DNA from: Candidatus Daviesbacteria bacterium RIFCSPLOWO2_01_FULL_39_23
GTDB taxonomy: Bacteria > Patescibacteriota > Microgenomatia > Daviesbacterales > UBA10151
Direction of reading: 5' to 3'
Assembly (NCBI GenBank): GCA_001776935.1
Contig: MFDN01000015.1
Location: 30,130-94,129, forward strand
Length of the DNA stretch: 64,000 nt
Shown here: piece by piece, positions 56,144 through 64,000 of the stretch
Numbering within the stretch: the first letter of the stretch is position 1
How the letters are laid out: every line of letters starts with the position of its first letter
The notes under the pieces: generated by a model
The model's database searches: none
What the model saw: the letters and a program-made list of their open reading frames with translations, nothing else
Told to the model about the DNA's origin: nothing
Made by a program: the position numbers and the translations under genes

Positions 56144-57169
56144 ATGAAGTATGACGCCCAAATTGCAGAATTTAAAAATCTTCTGCCTTCTGCGAAAAAT
56201 ATCTTAATTGCTGTACCTGCCGGAGCTGATATAGATAAACTGGCTGCAGGACTTTCCTTATTTTTAACATTTGAGACTGCGGGGAAAGAGGTTAGCATAG
56301 TTTGCGATGATAATATTTTAGTTTCTCAATCTCATCTTTTTGGGGTAGATCATGTAAGTAAAAACATTTCTCTGTCAGAGGGTGGAAATTTGACCTTAAC
56401 TTTGGAAGGCGTGGCTGCAGCGGATGGTTCGGTTCCTTCCCTTGAGAAATTAGACTGGTATGCTGAGAATAACAATTTAAATTTGGTCTTTCATGTTTTG
56501 CCCGGTCAGACTTTTCAGCCATCAAGGATCGTGCCTAAGTTTCAGGGTTCTGGTTTTAATTTAATTTTTGTAGTGGGAGCTTCTAATTTGAATGTTTTAG
56601 GAAATCTTTATTCTCAAAATCAGCAGGTTTTCTCAGGTACTCATATTGTTAATATTGATTCCTCAAGTGTAAATACCAGCTTCGGACAAACAAATGTTTT
56701 AGACACTTCGGCTTCTTCAGTTTCTGAAATCATGACAAGTTTAATTTCTGATTTGGGATACAGTTTAGATCAGGATAGCGCAAGCAATCTGTTGGCCGGT
56801 ATCTTTGATGCGACCAATAATTTGCAGAATCCCAAAATAACAGCCGACACCTATATGGCTGTTGCCAACTGTCTCAGGGTGGGAGGAAGAAAACCGTCTT
56901 CTGTTGCGGCTCAAGCTCAACCCGCCTATGATTGGAATGCGATTTCAGTGGCAGGCGGTCAAAAAACCGTACCGCAAACCCCATCTATTCCGGATTTTAT
57001 GACGCCTCCGGTTGTTGCACCTGTTTCACCGACACAGGCATCTACAGATGTAAATGATAAAAACCAAGCCTCCCCTGAGGAAAGGCCGGTTGAAGAAGGA
57101 GTAATTTCCGAGACGGTTGAACCTGAATGGCTGACCCCCAAAATCTTCAAAGGCACAAATTTAGGTTGA
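56144..57169 (+). CDS. NrnA/DHH-family-like protein with degenerate catalytic motifs; Pro/Ser-rich C-terminus
   Basis: Position after infB and N-terminal topology resemble NrnA, but DHH residues are not recognisable. Low-confidence call. Confidence 0.35.
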   Translation: MKYDAQIAEFKNLLPSAKNILIAVPAGADIDKLAAGLSLFLTFETAGKEVSIVCDDNILVSQSHLFGVDHVSKNISLSEGGNLTLTLEGVAAADGSVPSLEKLDWYAENNNLNLVFHVLPGQTFQPSRIVPKFQGSGFNLIFVVGASNLNVLGNLYSQNQQVFSGTHIVNIDSSSVNTSFGQTNVLDTSASSVSEIMTSLISDLGYSLDQDSASNLLAGIFDATNNLQNPKITADTYMAVANCLRVGGRKPSSVAAQAQPAYDWNAISVAGGQKTVPQTPSIPDFMTPPVVAPVSPTQASTDVNDKNQASPEERPVEEGVISETVEPEWLTPKIFKGTNLG

Positions 57170-57203
57170 CAAACGTCCTATAATATGTTAAAATCACAAA
57201 AAT

Positions 57204-57314
57204 ATGATTGATAGAGGTTTCGAGAAGGCACGACAACTGCCAGAAAATAATACTGCTGCCAGACAATTGGCGATCCAGGAAGCAAGAAGAAAGTTAGAAG
57301 AAGCAGGTGTGTAG
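57204..57314 (+). CDS. Small ORF (36 aa; MIDRGFEKARQLPENNTAARQLAIQEARRKLEEAGV), not in the supplied track
   Basis: Read from the sequence; charged helical peptide immediately upstream of the 57323 gene, in a GC-richer segment. Confidence 0.3.
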   Translation: MIDRGFEKARQLPENNTAARQLAIQEARRKLEEAGV

Positions 57315-57322
57315 ATCCTGAC

Positions 57323-57979
57323 TTGGAGGTTGGAATACAATTATCAACAGAGGAAGCTATAGAGTTTAAGGTTGCTCCAAAGGTAGATCGTCGCCAGCAA
57401 ACGTACGATCTTTTAAAACTTGTCCGAAAACCTTTAACCGAAGAAAAAGAGGTACTAAGGCGTAGTAGAGGGATAGTTTTTCTACCTGTGAACGAAAGAT
57501 CATACGCCCAGGTGGTGTCAGAGAATATAGGACATTTTCGTTCAGGCGAATTAGATTATGTCCTTGGGTATGTCGTTGGCAAGATTCAACTTATAAATTA
57601 CAAATTACCGGCAGCGATAGAAGTTGGCTTTAACCCAGAAGCTATGGTTTGGCACGGAGGAAATGGTTCACGAGCAGGTCAATTAGAAGTGATTGAAGAA
57701 TATTCCCAATCGTTACAACTTGAACTTCCTGATGCAAGAGCGATCATGCTTCCATCAACAGGATATGCGCAGGCAGATATAGCCTTTAAAAAAACAACTG
57801 GGAGAGTACTAATTGAACATTACTTTGCGAGGGCTCTAGATGATCTTTCTAATGTCCATTCTGCTAGTGTAGGTCGGTGTCATCGATCAGAGCGGTTTCA
57901 TGTCAGTGAGCTGAATGAGTGGGATCCTAGTATGTGGGTGAAAACTGTTCCCGCGGTAGTGTTTGTTAGAAATAAGTAA
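57323..57979 (+). CDS. Hypothetical protein (218 aa), GC-richer; inserted between infB/nrnA-like and rpsO
   Basis: Clean ORF with no recognisable motifs; it interrupts an otherwise conserved operon order. Confidence 0.5.
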   Translation: MEVGIQLSTEEAIEFKVAPKVDRRQQTYDLLKLVRKPLTEEKEVLRRSRGIVFLPVNERSYAQVVSENIGHFRSGELDYVLGYVVGKIQLINYKLPAAIEVGFNPEAMVWHGGNGSRAGQLEVIEEYSQSLQLELPDARAIMLPSTGYAQADIAFKKTTGRVLIEHYFARALDDLSNVHSASVGRCHRSERFHVSELNEWDPSMWVKTVPAVVFVRNK

Positions 57980-58100
57980 TTGGTCAATTGGATTTTTGCA
58001 TCTAGGATAACTCTTGTATATTTTTTCCTTCTTTGTTACAATACGCCCAAGTTAAAAAGAGCAACGTCTTGGCACCGAGGTTGTTTCAGAAAGGATTACG

Positions 58101-58370
58101 ATGCCACTTGATCCAAAGATTAAGCAGAAAATAATTCAAGAATTCGCAACAAAATCTGGTGATACCGGTTCCCCTGAAGTTCAGGTAGCGCTTTTAACAG
58201 AACAAATTAAAAATTTAACAGATCATTTAAAAGAGCATCCACACGATATTCACTCAAGGCGCGGGCTTTTATCCATGGTCAATAAAAGAAGAAGACTTCT
58301 TCAATACCTGTTTAAAAAAGATAATGAAAGATACGGTGTAGTTATTGAAAAATTAGGCCTTTCCAAGTAA
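58101..58370 (+). CDS. rpsO: 30S ribosomal protein S15
   Basis: ...[51 protein letters not shown] is the S15 signature. Confidence 0.9.
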   Translation: MPLDPKIKQKIIQEFATKSGDTGSPEVQVALLTEQIKNLTDHLKEHPHDIHSRRGLLSMVNKRRRLLQYLFKKDNERYGVVIEKLGLSK

Positions 58371-58530
58371 TTGGACTTTAATTTGCAGATATAGTAAAAT
58401 GTATAAGTTGAGAGATTTGGGGATTGCAAAGAGTTGGGTAGCTGTTAGCCAAAAGCAAATAGCTAGTTGCCTCTTCCACAGTTTCCAAATCCTCGGAGTT
58501 AAGAATCTAAATATAGATTCAAATGATTAG

Positions 58531-60849
58531 ATGAATAAAGTAATAATAAAAGAAATTGACCTTAATGGTCGCAAGCTTAAACTCGAAACAGGTAAGTTGG
58601 CTTTACAGGCTGATGCATCTGTTGTTGTCTCATGGGGCGAAACAGTTATTTTGGCAACAGTGGCAACTCAACCTTTAACAGAAGATATCGGATATTTCCC
58701 TCTCTCGGTTGAATATGTAGAAAAGCACTATGCCGGAGGGAGAATCTCATCTTCCCGGTTTATTAAAAGAGAAACAAAACCTACTGACGAAGCAGTCTTA
58801 ACCGGCAGACTGATTGACCGCTCCATCCGCCCCCTTTTTCCAAAAGAGCTTAAAAATCATGAAGTGCAGGTCATTTTAACAGTGCTTTCGATTGACCAGG
58901 CTAATGATCCTGATGTTGTTGGTCTAATCGGAGCTTCAGCCGCCTTATCTATTTCGTCTATTCCGTGGAAAGGGCCGATTGCCTGCGTGAGAGTCGGGGA
59001 GCGGGACGGAAGCTTAATGGTGAATCCGTTAGTGAGCGAGATGGAACATCTTAATATGGATCTTCTGGTTGCCTCGACTAAAGAAAAAGTTGTGATGATT
59101 GAGACTGAAGGTAAAGAGATTGCGGAAGAAATTGTTTTTAATGGGATCAAAGAGGCGCACGCTCAGTCTCAGCAAATAATTGCATTAATAGAAGATTTTA
59201 CCAAAGAAACAGGTAAAGAAAAATTTGCTGTTTCTCATTTGGCAGAAGAAATAGAAGAAGCTTTAATTGCCGAAGTCACCAAGCTGACCAAAGACAGAAT
59301 TGAAAAAGCGCTTTTTGACAGCGAACATGCCTGGCATGAGGCAACCGGGGATCAAATTAAAAAAGAACTGGCCTTGCAGTATGCGGAAACTTTAACCCCT
59401 CAAATTATTTCCGGCATTTTTGACAAAGTAGCCAAAGAAATCCTCCATGAAACAGTTTTAGAAAAAGGCAAAAGAGTGGATGGCCGAGCTATGGATGAAA
59501 TAAGACCTATCGAAATGGAAGTGGGTATTTTGCCAAGAACTCACGGCAGCGCTCTTTTTCAAAGAGGAGATACTCAAGTATTATCGGTTGCCACCTTAGG
59601 TGCACCCTCGCTCAAGCAAACTCTGGACGGCATGGAAGGCGAGAGACAAAAGAGGTTTATGCATCATTATAATATGAGCATTAATCCTTTTTCTGTGGGT
59701 GAGGTAAAAAGATTAGGCGCCCCAAACAGGCGTGATGTTGGTCATGGAGCTTTGGCTGAAAAATCGCTTACAGCTGTTATACCTGCTGAAGACCAGTTTC
59801 CGTATGCTATAAGAATAGTGTCGGAAGTTTTGGCGGCAAATGCTTCCACTTCTATGGCTTCTGTTTGTGCGGCCACTTTGGCTCTTCTTAATGCCGGTGT
59901 CCCCCTGAAAGAACCGGTTGCCGGAATTGCTTTAGGGCTTTTTTCCAATGAAAAGAAATTTCAGGTGGTTACAGATATGCGGGCTGTTGAGGATTTTTAC
60001 GGCGAGATGGATTTTAAAGTTTCAGGAACTAAAAACGGCGTGACTGCTATACAAATGGATACCAAACTTGAGGGGCTCTCATTCGAAATTATTGAAACTG
60101 CCTTGAAAATGGGTAAGGATGCAAGGCTTGAGATTCTGGAAAAAATAAACAAAGCAGTACCTTCGGCAGGTCCTTTGTCCCCGCATGCCCCAAGAGTGGA
60201 AATGCTGCATATCAAGCCGGAAGAAATTGGGCTTTTGATCGGGCCGGGCGGCAAAAATATTAACGGCATTATTGCAAAAACAGGTGCGCAAATTGATATT
60301 GAAGACGACGGAACAGTGATGGTTTCCGGGACCAACTCCGAGGGTGTGGATGCAGCAATTGCAGCAGTTGAAGGAATGTTTAAAACAGTCAATGTTGGAG
60401 ATGAATTCACCGGCAAAGTTGTTCGCCTTGCTCCTTTTGGAGCGTTTGTGGAAATTGCGCCGGGCAAAGATGGACTGGTGCATATTTCTCAAATGGCTCC
60501 GGGACATGTGGAGAGGGCGGAAGATATTGTCAGCGAAGGACAGGAAGTAAAGGTTAGAGTAACTGATGTTACTCCTGAGGGAAAGGTCGGATTATCCATG
60601 CTTTTTGGAGCAGATATAAAACCTGAATCTGAAAGCAGACCCCGTTCTAGTGGCGGATTCAGACCAAGACCTTCTTTTGGAGACTCACCTCGCTTCTCGC
60701 CTCGCGGCGGAGCAGGCAGTCCAAGACCATCAAGCGGAGGTTACAGACCAGGTGGATTTAACAGAGGTGGTTCCAGAAGTTCCGGCGGATTTGACAGGGA
60801 TCGCGGCGGCGGAAGAGATCGGGGCGGCAGAGGCGGCTTTAACCGCTAA
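58531..60849 (+). CDS. pnp: Polynucleotide phosphorylase with KH, S1 and an RGG/Gly-Arg-rich C-terminal tail
   Basis: Two RNase PH domains, KH (GPGGKNI), S1, then GGFRPRP...RGGRGGFNR low-complexity tail. Confidence 0.9.
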   Translation: MNKVIIKEIDLNGRKLKLETGKLALQADASVVVSWGETVILATVATQPLTEDIGYFPLSVEYVEKHYAGGRISSSRFIKRETKPTDEAVLTGRLIDRSIRPLFPKELKNHEVQVILTVLSIDQANDPDVVGLIGASAALSISSIPWKGPIACVRVGERDGSLMVNPLVSEMEHLNMDLLVASTKEKVVMIETEGKEIAEEIVFNGIKEAHAQSQQIIALIEDFTKETGKEKFAVSHLAEEIEEALIAEVTKLTKDRIEKALFDSEHAWHEATGDQIKKELALQYAETLTPQIISGIFDKVAKEILHETVLEKGKRVDGRAMDEIRPIEMEVGILPRTHGSALFQRGDTQVLSVATLGAPSLKQTLDGMEGERQKRFMHHYNMSINPFSVGEVKRLGAPNRRDVGHGALAEKSLTAVIPAEDQFPYAIRIVSEVLAANASTSMASVCAATLALLNAGVPLKEPVAGIALGLFSNEKKFQVVTDMRAVEDFYGEMDFKVSGTKNGVTAIQMDTKLEGLSFEIIETALKMGKDARLEILEKINKAVPSAGPLSPHAPRVEMLHIKPEEIGLLIGPGGKNINGIIAKTGAQIDIEDDGTVMVSGTNSEGVDAAIAAVEGMFKTVNVGDEFTGKVVRLAPFGAFVEIAPGKDGLVHISQMAPGHVERAEDIVSEGQEVKVRVTDVTPEGKVGLSMLFGADIKPESESRPRSSGGFRPRPSFGDSPRFSPRGGAGSPRPSSGGYRPGGFNRGGSRSSGGFDRDRGGGRDRGGRGGFNR

Positions 60850-61017
60850 TTAATTTTTGCTTCTTCTTTATTAGGTAGTATAATTCTTATAATTGTTATT
60901 CTCATATAGCCTCAACTTAATCATTTCATGATGCGATCGCATATCATCATTATAAAGACAAAACTTGATACGATCGTGTACATTTTTGAGCAAGCTTGGT
61001 TATGCTATGATTAGGTT

Positions 61018-61572
61018 ATGCAAAAAGGGTTTATCAGCCAGCCGATAATTTTTGTTCTGCTTGGTATTTTGGTAATTTTACTGATTGCCGGCGGTGTTTA
61101 TTATTTTATCAGTTCATCTAAATTAAAGCCTCCCTCTTCTCAGGCTCCCCAAGCCTGTACTAATGAGGCTATGGTTTGTCCTGATGGATCAGCTGTAGGT
61201 AGAGTTGGTCCAAACTGTGAATTTGCCCCTTGCCCCGCAGGAAAGACAACAGACAAAATCATAACTCCTTCTAATCCTCCTGATTCCTCTAATCCTTCTA
61301 CAACTCAAGATTATCGGCTAGGTGGGTCGTTTACTGAAAAGGCAACTGAGAAAGAGATAGGATCAATAAGCAGCAGATTTGGATCTGATGTTTCTTCTGT
61401 ATCCTTACTGGAAAGTTTCCCCCTGCAGTTTCAAATCACCAGCCCTTCCCAAACCTCCTGTGAGAAAGTAAGAAAAGCCCTGGCTGGTTTAAAATTTATC
61501 CAAAGTGTTGGTGATTGCCAAAAGGTTGAATCAGGTAACTCTGATCCTAACCAATCCGTAATAAGCAATTAA
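61018..61572 (+). CDS. Secreted/membrane-anchored hypothetical protein (184 aa); N-terminus similar to the next gene
   Basis: MQKGF...LLGILVILLIAGGVYYF signal anchor, Cys-rich and Pro/Ser-rich regions. Confidence 0.5.
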   Translation: MQKGFISQPIIFVLLGILVILLIAGGVYYFISSSKLKPPSSQAPQACTNEAMVCPDGSAVGRVGPNCEFAPCPAGKTTDKIITPSNPPDSSNPSTTQDYRLGGSFTEKATEKEIGSISSRFGSDVSSVSLLESFPLQFQITSPSQTSCEKVRKALAGLKFIQSVGDCQKVESGNSDPNQSVISN

Positions 61573-61577
61573 CTTAA

Positions 61578-62192
61578 ATGAACCAAAAAGGTTTTGTGCT
61601 TTTATACATCCTAATAGGAATTTTGATTCTGATAGGAATAGCTGGTGGAGCATATTATTTATGGGCGCAAGAATACCGTCGAACGCATCCTATTGGTCCA
61701 CTACCAATAGTGGTACCTGAAAATATACCACTATCTAGGAATATTGATGAAACAGCCACCTGGAAAACATACACCAATACAGAATATGGCTTTTCAATCA
61801 AATATCCAGACTTTATTACATATAAAGAAAAACTCTTTAATGACGTGACTTTTTATTACAAAATTGATGATGAAGATATTCCGGAAAATAAATACGATTT
61901 TCCAAGCTATTTTACCAAAGGACTAGGGATTCTATTTAGAACAGGACCAGCTGAACAAGCAGCTAGTTCAGAATTACCAAACAGACCTCAGGAAAAAGTT
62001 CAAATTAACAATAGTGAGGGGGTAAGAATCAAAGATTCACTGTTTAATTATTATCTGTCTTCTAAGGGTAATGACAAATACTCTATAAGGTTAGTTTATC
62101 AAGGTCGTACTGTATACCAAACAAAAGATGAAATAGAAAAAAGATTACGTATTTATCAACAAATTCTTTCTACCTTTAAATTTCTTCCTTAA
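61578..62192 (+). CDS. Secreted protein of the local paralogous family (MNQKGF anchor; WKTYTNTEYGFSIKYP ... ILSTFKFLP)
   Basis: Shares N-terminal anchor, domain-start and C-terminal motifs with the genes at 38781-39860 and 25386-26081. Confidence 0.55.
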   Translation: MNQKGFVLLYILIGILILIGIAGGAYYLWAQEYRRTHPIGPLPIVVPENIPLSRNIDETATWKTYTNTEYGFSIKYPDFITYKEKLFNDVTFYYKIDDEDIPENKYDFPSYFTKGLGILFRTGPAEQAASSELPNRPQEKVQINNSEGVRIKDSLFNYYLSSKGNDKYSIRLVYQGRTVYQTKDEIEKRLRIYQQILSTFKFLP

Positions 62193-62240
62193 AGTATCCT
62201 CTTGGGAAACGATAGTGTTTGAGGTAGAATATACAGTGAA

Positions 62241-63278
62241 ATGGATTCTGCCCGGGCTGTTTTAGAAGAATTAAAAATAAAGGTTTCACAAGCTAGTCTC
62301 CCAAAAGAAGTAGAAGAAAAACTTTTAAATCTTTTAAAATTTACAGCTAGCGGTGCTGAAGCAGAAAGCCTGATTGGTTATGTGAATTTTGTAATTTCTT
62401 TACCCTTTGGGAAAATGTCTCAGGATATTTTGGATATAAACAGAGCTAAGCAAATTTTAGATAAAAATCATTATGGTCTGCAGTCTGTAAAAGACCGGAT
62501 TTTAGAATACTTGGCAGTAATGATTTTAAACAAAGGAAGGCCTGAGCGATCCGGCGACAGCCTGAGAGTCGAAGGACATGCGCCGATTTTGGCATTTATC
62601 GGGCTTGTGGGAACCGGTAAAACTTCTTTGGCGTATTCCATAGCAGAATCTTTGGGAAGACCTTTGGTAAGAATTCCTTTTGGAGGATTGGGAGATCCCT
62701 CTGCTTTGCGCGGGTCATCCCGTATCCGTCCTGATGCAGAACCCGGACAGATTATAAAAGCTGTACAATCTACTAAAGTTTCAAATCCTGTTATACTGTT
62801 GGATGAGATAGACAGGGCGGCAGTTGAGCATAGGGTAGATATTATGGGAGTTTTGGTGGAGCTTTTAGATCCGGCCCAAAATCAGGCTTTTACAGACCAT
62901 TACCTGGATTTTCCTTATGATTTATCGCAGGTTTTATTTATCGCAACCGCCAACAATACCGGAAATATTGCAACAGCAGTCTTAGATCGGCTCGAACCAA
63001 TAGTTATGCCCTCGTATTCAGACGAGGAGAAATTGATTATTGGTAAGAACTATTTATTACCTAAAGCCATTTCCGAAGCAGGCATCAATGGAGATTTATT
63101 AAGTATTGATGAAGCTGTGTGGCCGCAGATACTCAGACCCTTAGGATTTGATAGCGGCATCCGGTCTTTATCCCGAAGTTTGCAATCAATTTGCAGAAAA
63201 ATTGCACGAAAACAAGTTGAAGGAGGAACGGGACCATTTAGGATAACAGGAGATAATTTGCGAGAATACCTTAGTTAG
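62241..63278 (+). CDS. Lon-derived AAA+ ATPase module without N-terminal LAN domain or S16 protease domain
   Basis: Collinear with Lon from ...HYGLQSVKDRILEYLAV... through Walker A (GLVGTGKTS), Walker B (ILLDEID), LDPAQNQAFTDHYLD and DRLEPIVMPSYSDEEK, then stops where the protease domain would begin. The sensor region GHRRTY is replaced by GSSRIR. Confidence 0.65.
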   Translation: MDSARAVLEELKIKVSQASLPKEVEEKLLNLLKFTASGAEAESLIGYVNFVISLPFGKMSQDILDINRAKQILDKNHYGLQSVKDRILEYLAVMILNKGRPERSGDSLRVEGHAPILAFIGLVGTGKTSLAYSIAESLGRPLVRIPFGGLGDPSALRGSSRIRPDAEPGQIIKAVQSTKVSNPVILLDEIDRAAVEHRVDIMGVLVELLDPAQNQAFTDHYLDFPYDLSQVLFIATANNTGNIATAVLDRLEPIVMPSYSDEEKLIIGKNYLLPKAISEAGINGDLLSIDEAVWPQILRPLGFDSGIRSLSRSLQSICRKIARKQVEGGTGPFRITGDNLREYLS

Positions 63279-63354
63279 TATTAAGTAGTATGTAGTAAGT
63301 ATTATGGGTAGAAATCATTAAAATCCTTAATACCTAATACTTGATACTTAATAC
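63277..63354. repeat. Hairpin repeat family B copy
   Basis: agtattaagtagtatgtagtaagtattatggg pairs with ccttaatacctaatacttgatacttaatac. Lies immediately after the Lon-like stop codon. Confidence 0.7.
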
Positions 63355-63363
63355 AAAATATTT

Positions 63364-64000
63364 ATGAAGTCGTTTAAACCGGTTTTTAAGCCACAGTTTA
63401 ATAGCAGTCAACCGCTCAAGATTATTCCCCTTGGTGGGGTAGGTGATGTGACCAAAAATATGTATGTTTATGAGTATGGGGACGATATTATTATTGTGGA
63501 TTGCGGGGTGGGATTTCCGGATGAGGCAATGCCGGGAGTGGATTTGGTGATTCCGGATATCTCCTACCTTAGAAGTAAAATAGATAAAATCAGGGGAATT
63601 ATTATTACTCATGGACACGAGGATCATATTGGCGGCTTAGCTTATATCTGGCCGGAACTTCAGGTACCTATTTATACCCAAAAACTTACGGCAGGTTTTA
63701 TACGGGCCAAATTCACCGAACATAATTTGCCAAAAGATAAAATCATTGAAGTTAAATTTGACCAAAAATTAGATTTGGGGAATTTCAAAATTTCTTTTTA
63801 TATGGTATCCCATTCAATTCCTGATTCTATGGGAATAGTTATTAAAACTCCTCAGGGATGCGTGATTCATCAGGCAGATTTTAAGATTGACTGGACACCT
63901 GTCTCAGGTCAGGTCACAGATGTGGGGGCAGTAGCCAAGCTTGGCAGTGAAGGAGTACTGTTGCTTCTTATTGATTGTTTAAGGGTTGAGAAAGCAGGTT
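63364..64000 (+). CDS. rnj: Ribonuclease J (metallo-beta-lactamase/beta-CASP), N-terminal part; continues beyond the window
   Basis: IIPLGGVGDVTKNMYVYEY...IITHGHEDHIGG motif. ORF is open to the window end. Confidence 0.8.
   Translation, partial: MKSFKPVFKPQFNSSQPLKIIPLGGVGDVTKNMYVYEYGDDIIIVDCGVGFPDEAMPGVDLVIPDISYLRSKIDKIRGIIITHGHEDHIGGLAYIWPELQVPIYTQKLTAGFIRAKFTEHNLPKDKIIEVKFDQKLDLGNFKISFYMVSHSIPDSMGIVIKTPQGCVIHQADFKIDWTPVSGQVTDVGAVAKLGSEGVLLLLIDCLRVEKAG

Noticed and set aside
1-64000. CRISPR array, rRNA and tRNA genes
   Set aside because: No array of regularly spaced direct repeats was seen. The tandem repeats found are two to four copies of 7-15 bp. Intergenic regions were inspected by eye and none shows the length, conserved T-loop/D-loop or acceptor-stem features of a tRNA, or rRNA-like conservation. 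Low-scoring tRNAs could have been missed without a scanning tool.

Overview
This 64 kb window is low-GC and gene-dense, with many short, domain-minimal proteins. The gene content looks like a Candidate Phyla Radiation / Patescibacteria-type bacterium; this is an inference from gene content and cannot be verified from sequence alone. The housekeeping backbone has four parts. First, the 3' end of groEL. Second, a cell-envelope glycan cluster (UbiA prenyltransferase, MraY/WecA-like transferase, processive GT2 with QxxRW). Third, metG, sbcCD, an M24 aminopeptidase, a FemAB-family gene, a UvrD helicase carrying an intein, thioredoxin, tpiA, an LCP protein, PilN/PilO-like genes, rpsT, murJ and lepA. 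Fourth, a CIRCE-controlled hrcA-grpE-dnaK-dnaJ operon and nusA-infB-...-rpsO-pnp. Accessory and unusual content is as follows.
(1) Two families of small hairpin/TIR repeat elements (MITE-like). One copy sits in frame inside the FemAB gene and one inside tatD; the others are intergenic.
(2) A Phd/YefM-PIN toxin-antitoxin cassette flanked by an about 145 bp diverged direct duplication of the promoter and 5' end of the aminopeptidase gene. It lies next to a visibly GC-richer gene of unknown function.
(3) A second VapBC pair.
(4) A paralogous family of secreted proteins with conserved domain boundaries (WKxYTNxxxGFSxKYP ... ILSTFKF).
(5) A Lon-derived AAA+ module with no protease domain.
(6) A 725-aa cytoplasmic HExxH protein after groEL.
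(7) Several GC-richer cassettes of unknown function: 14488-15674, 19403-20368, 31507-33271 and 57204-57979.
No rRNA, tRNA or CRISPR array was found.
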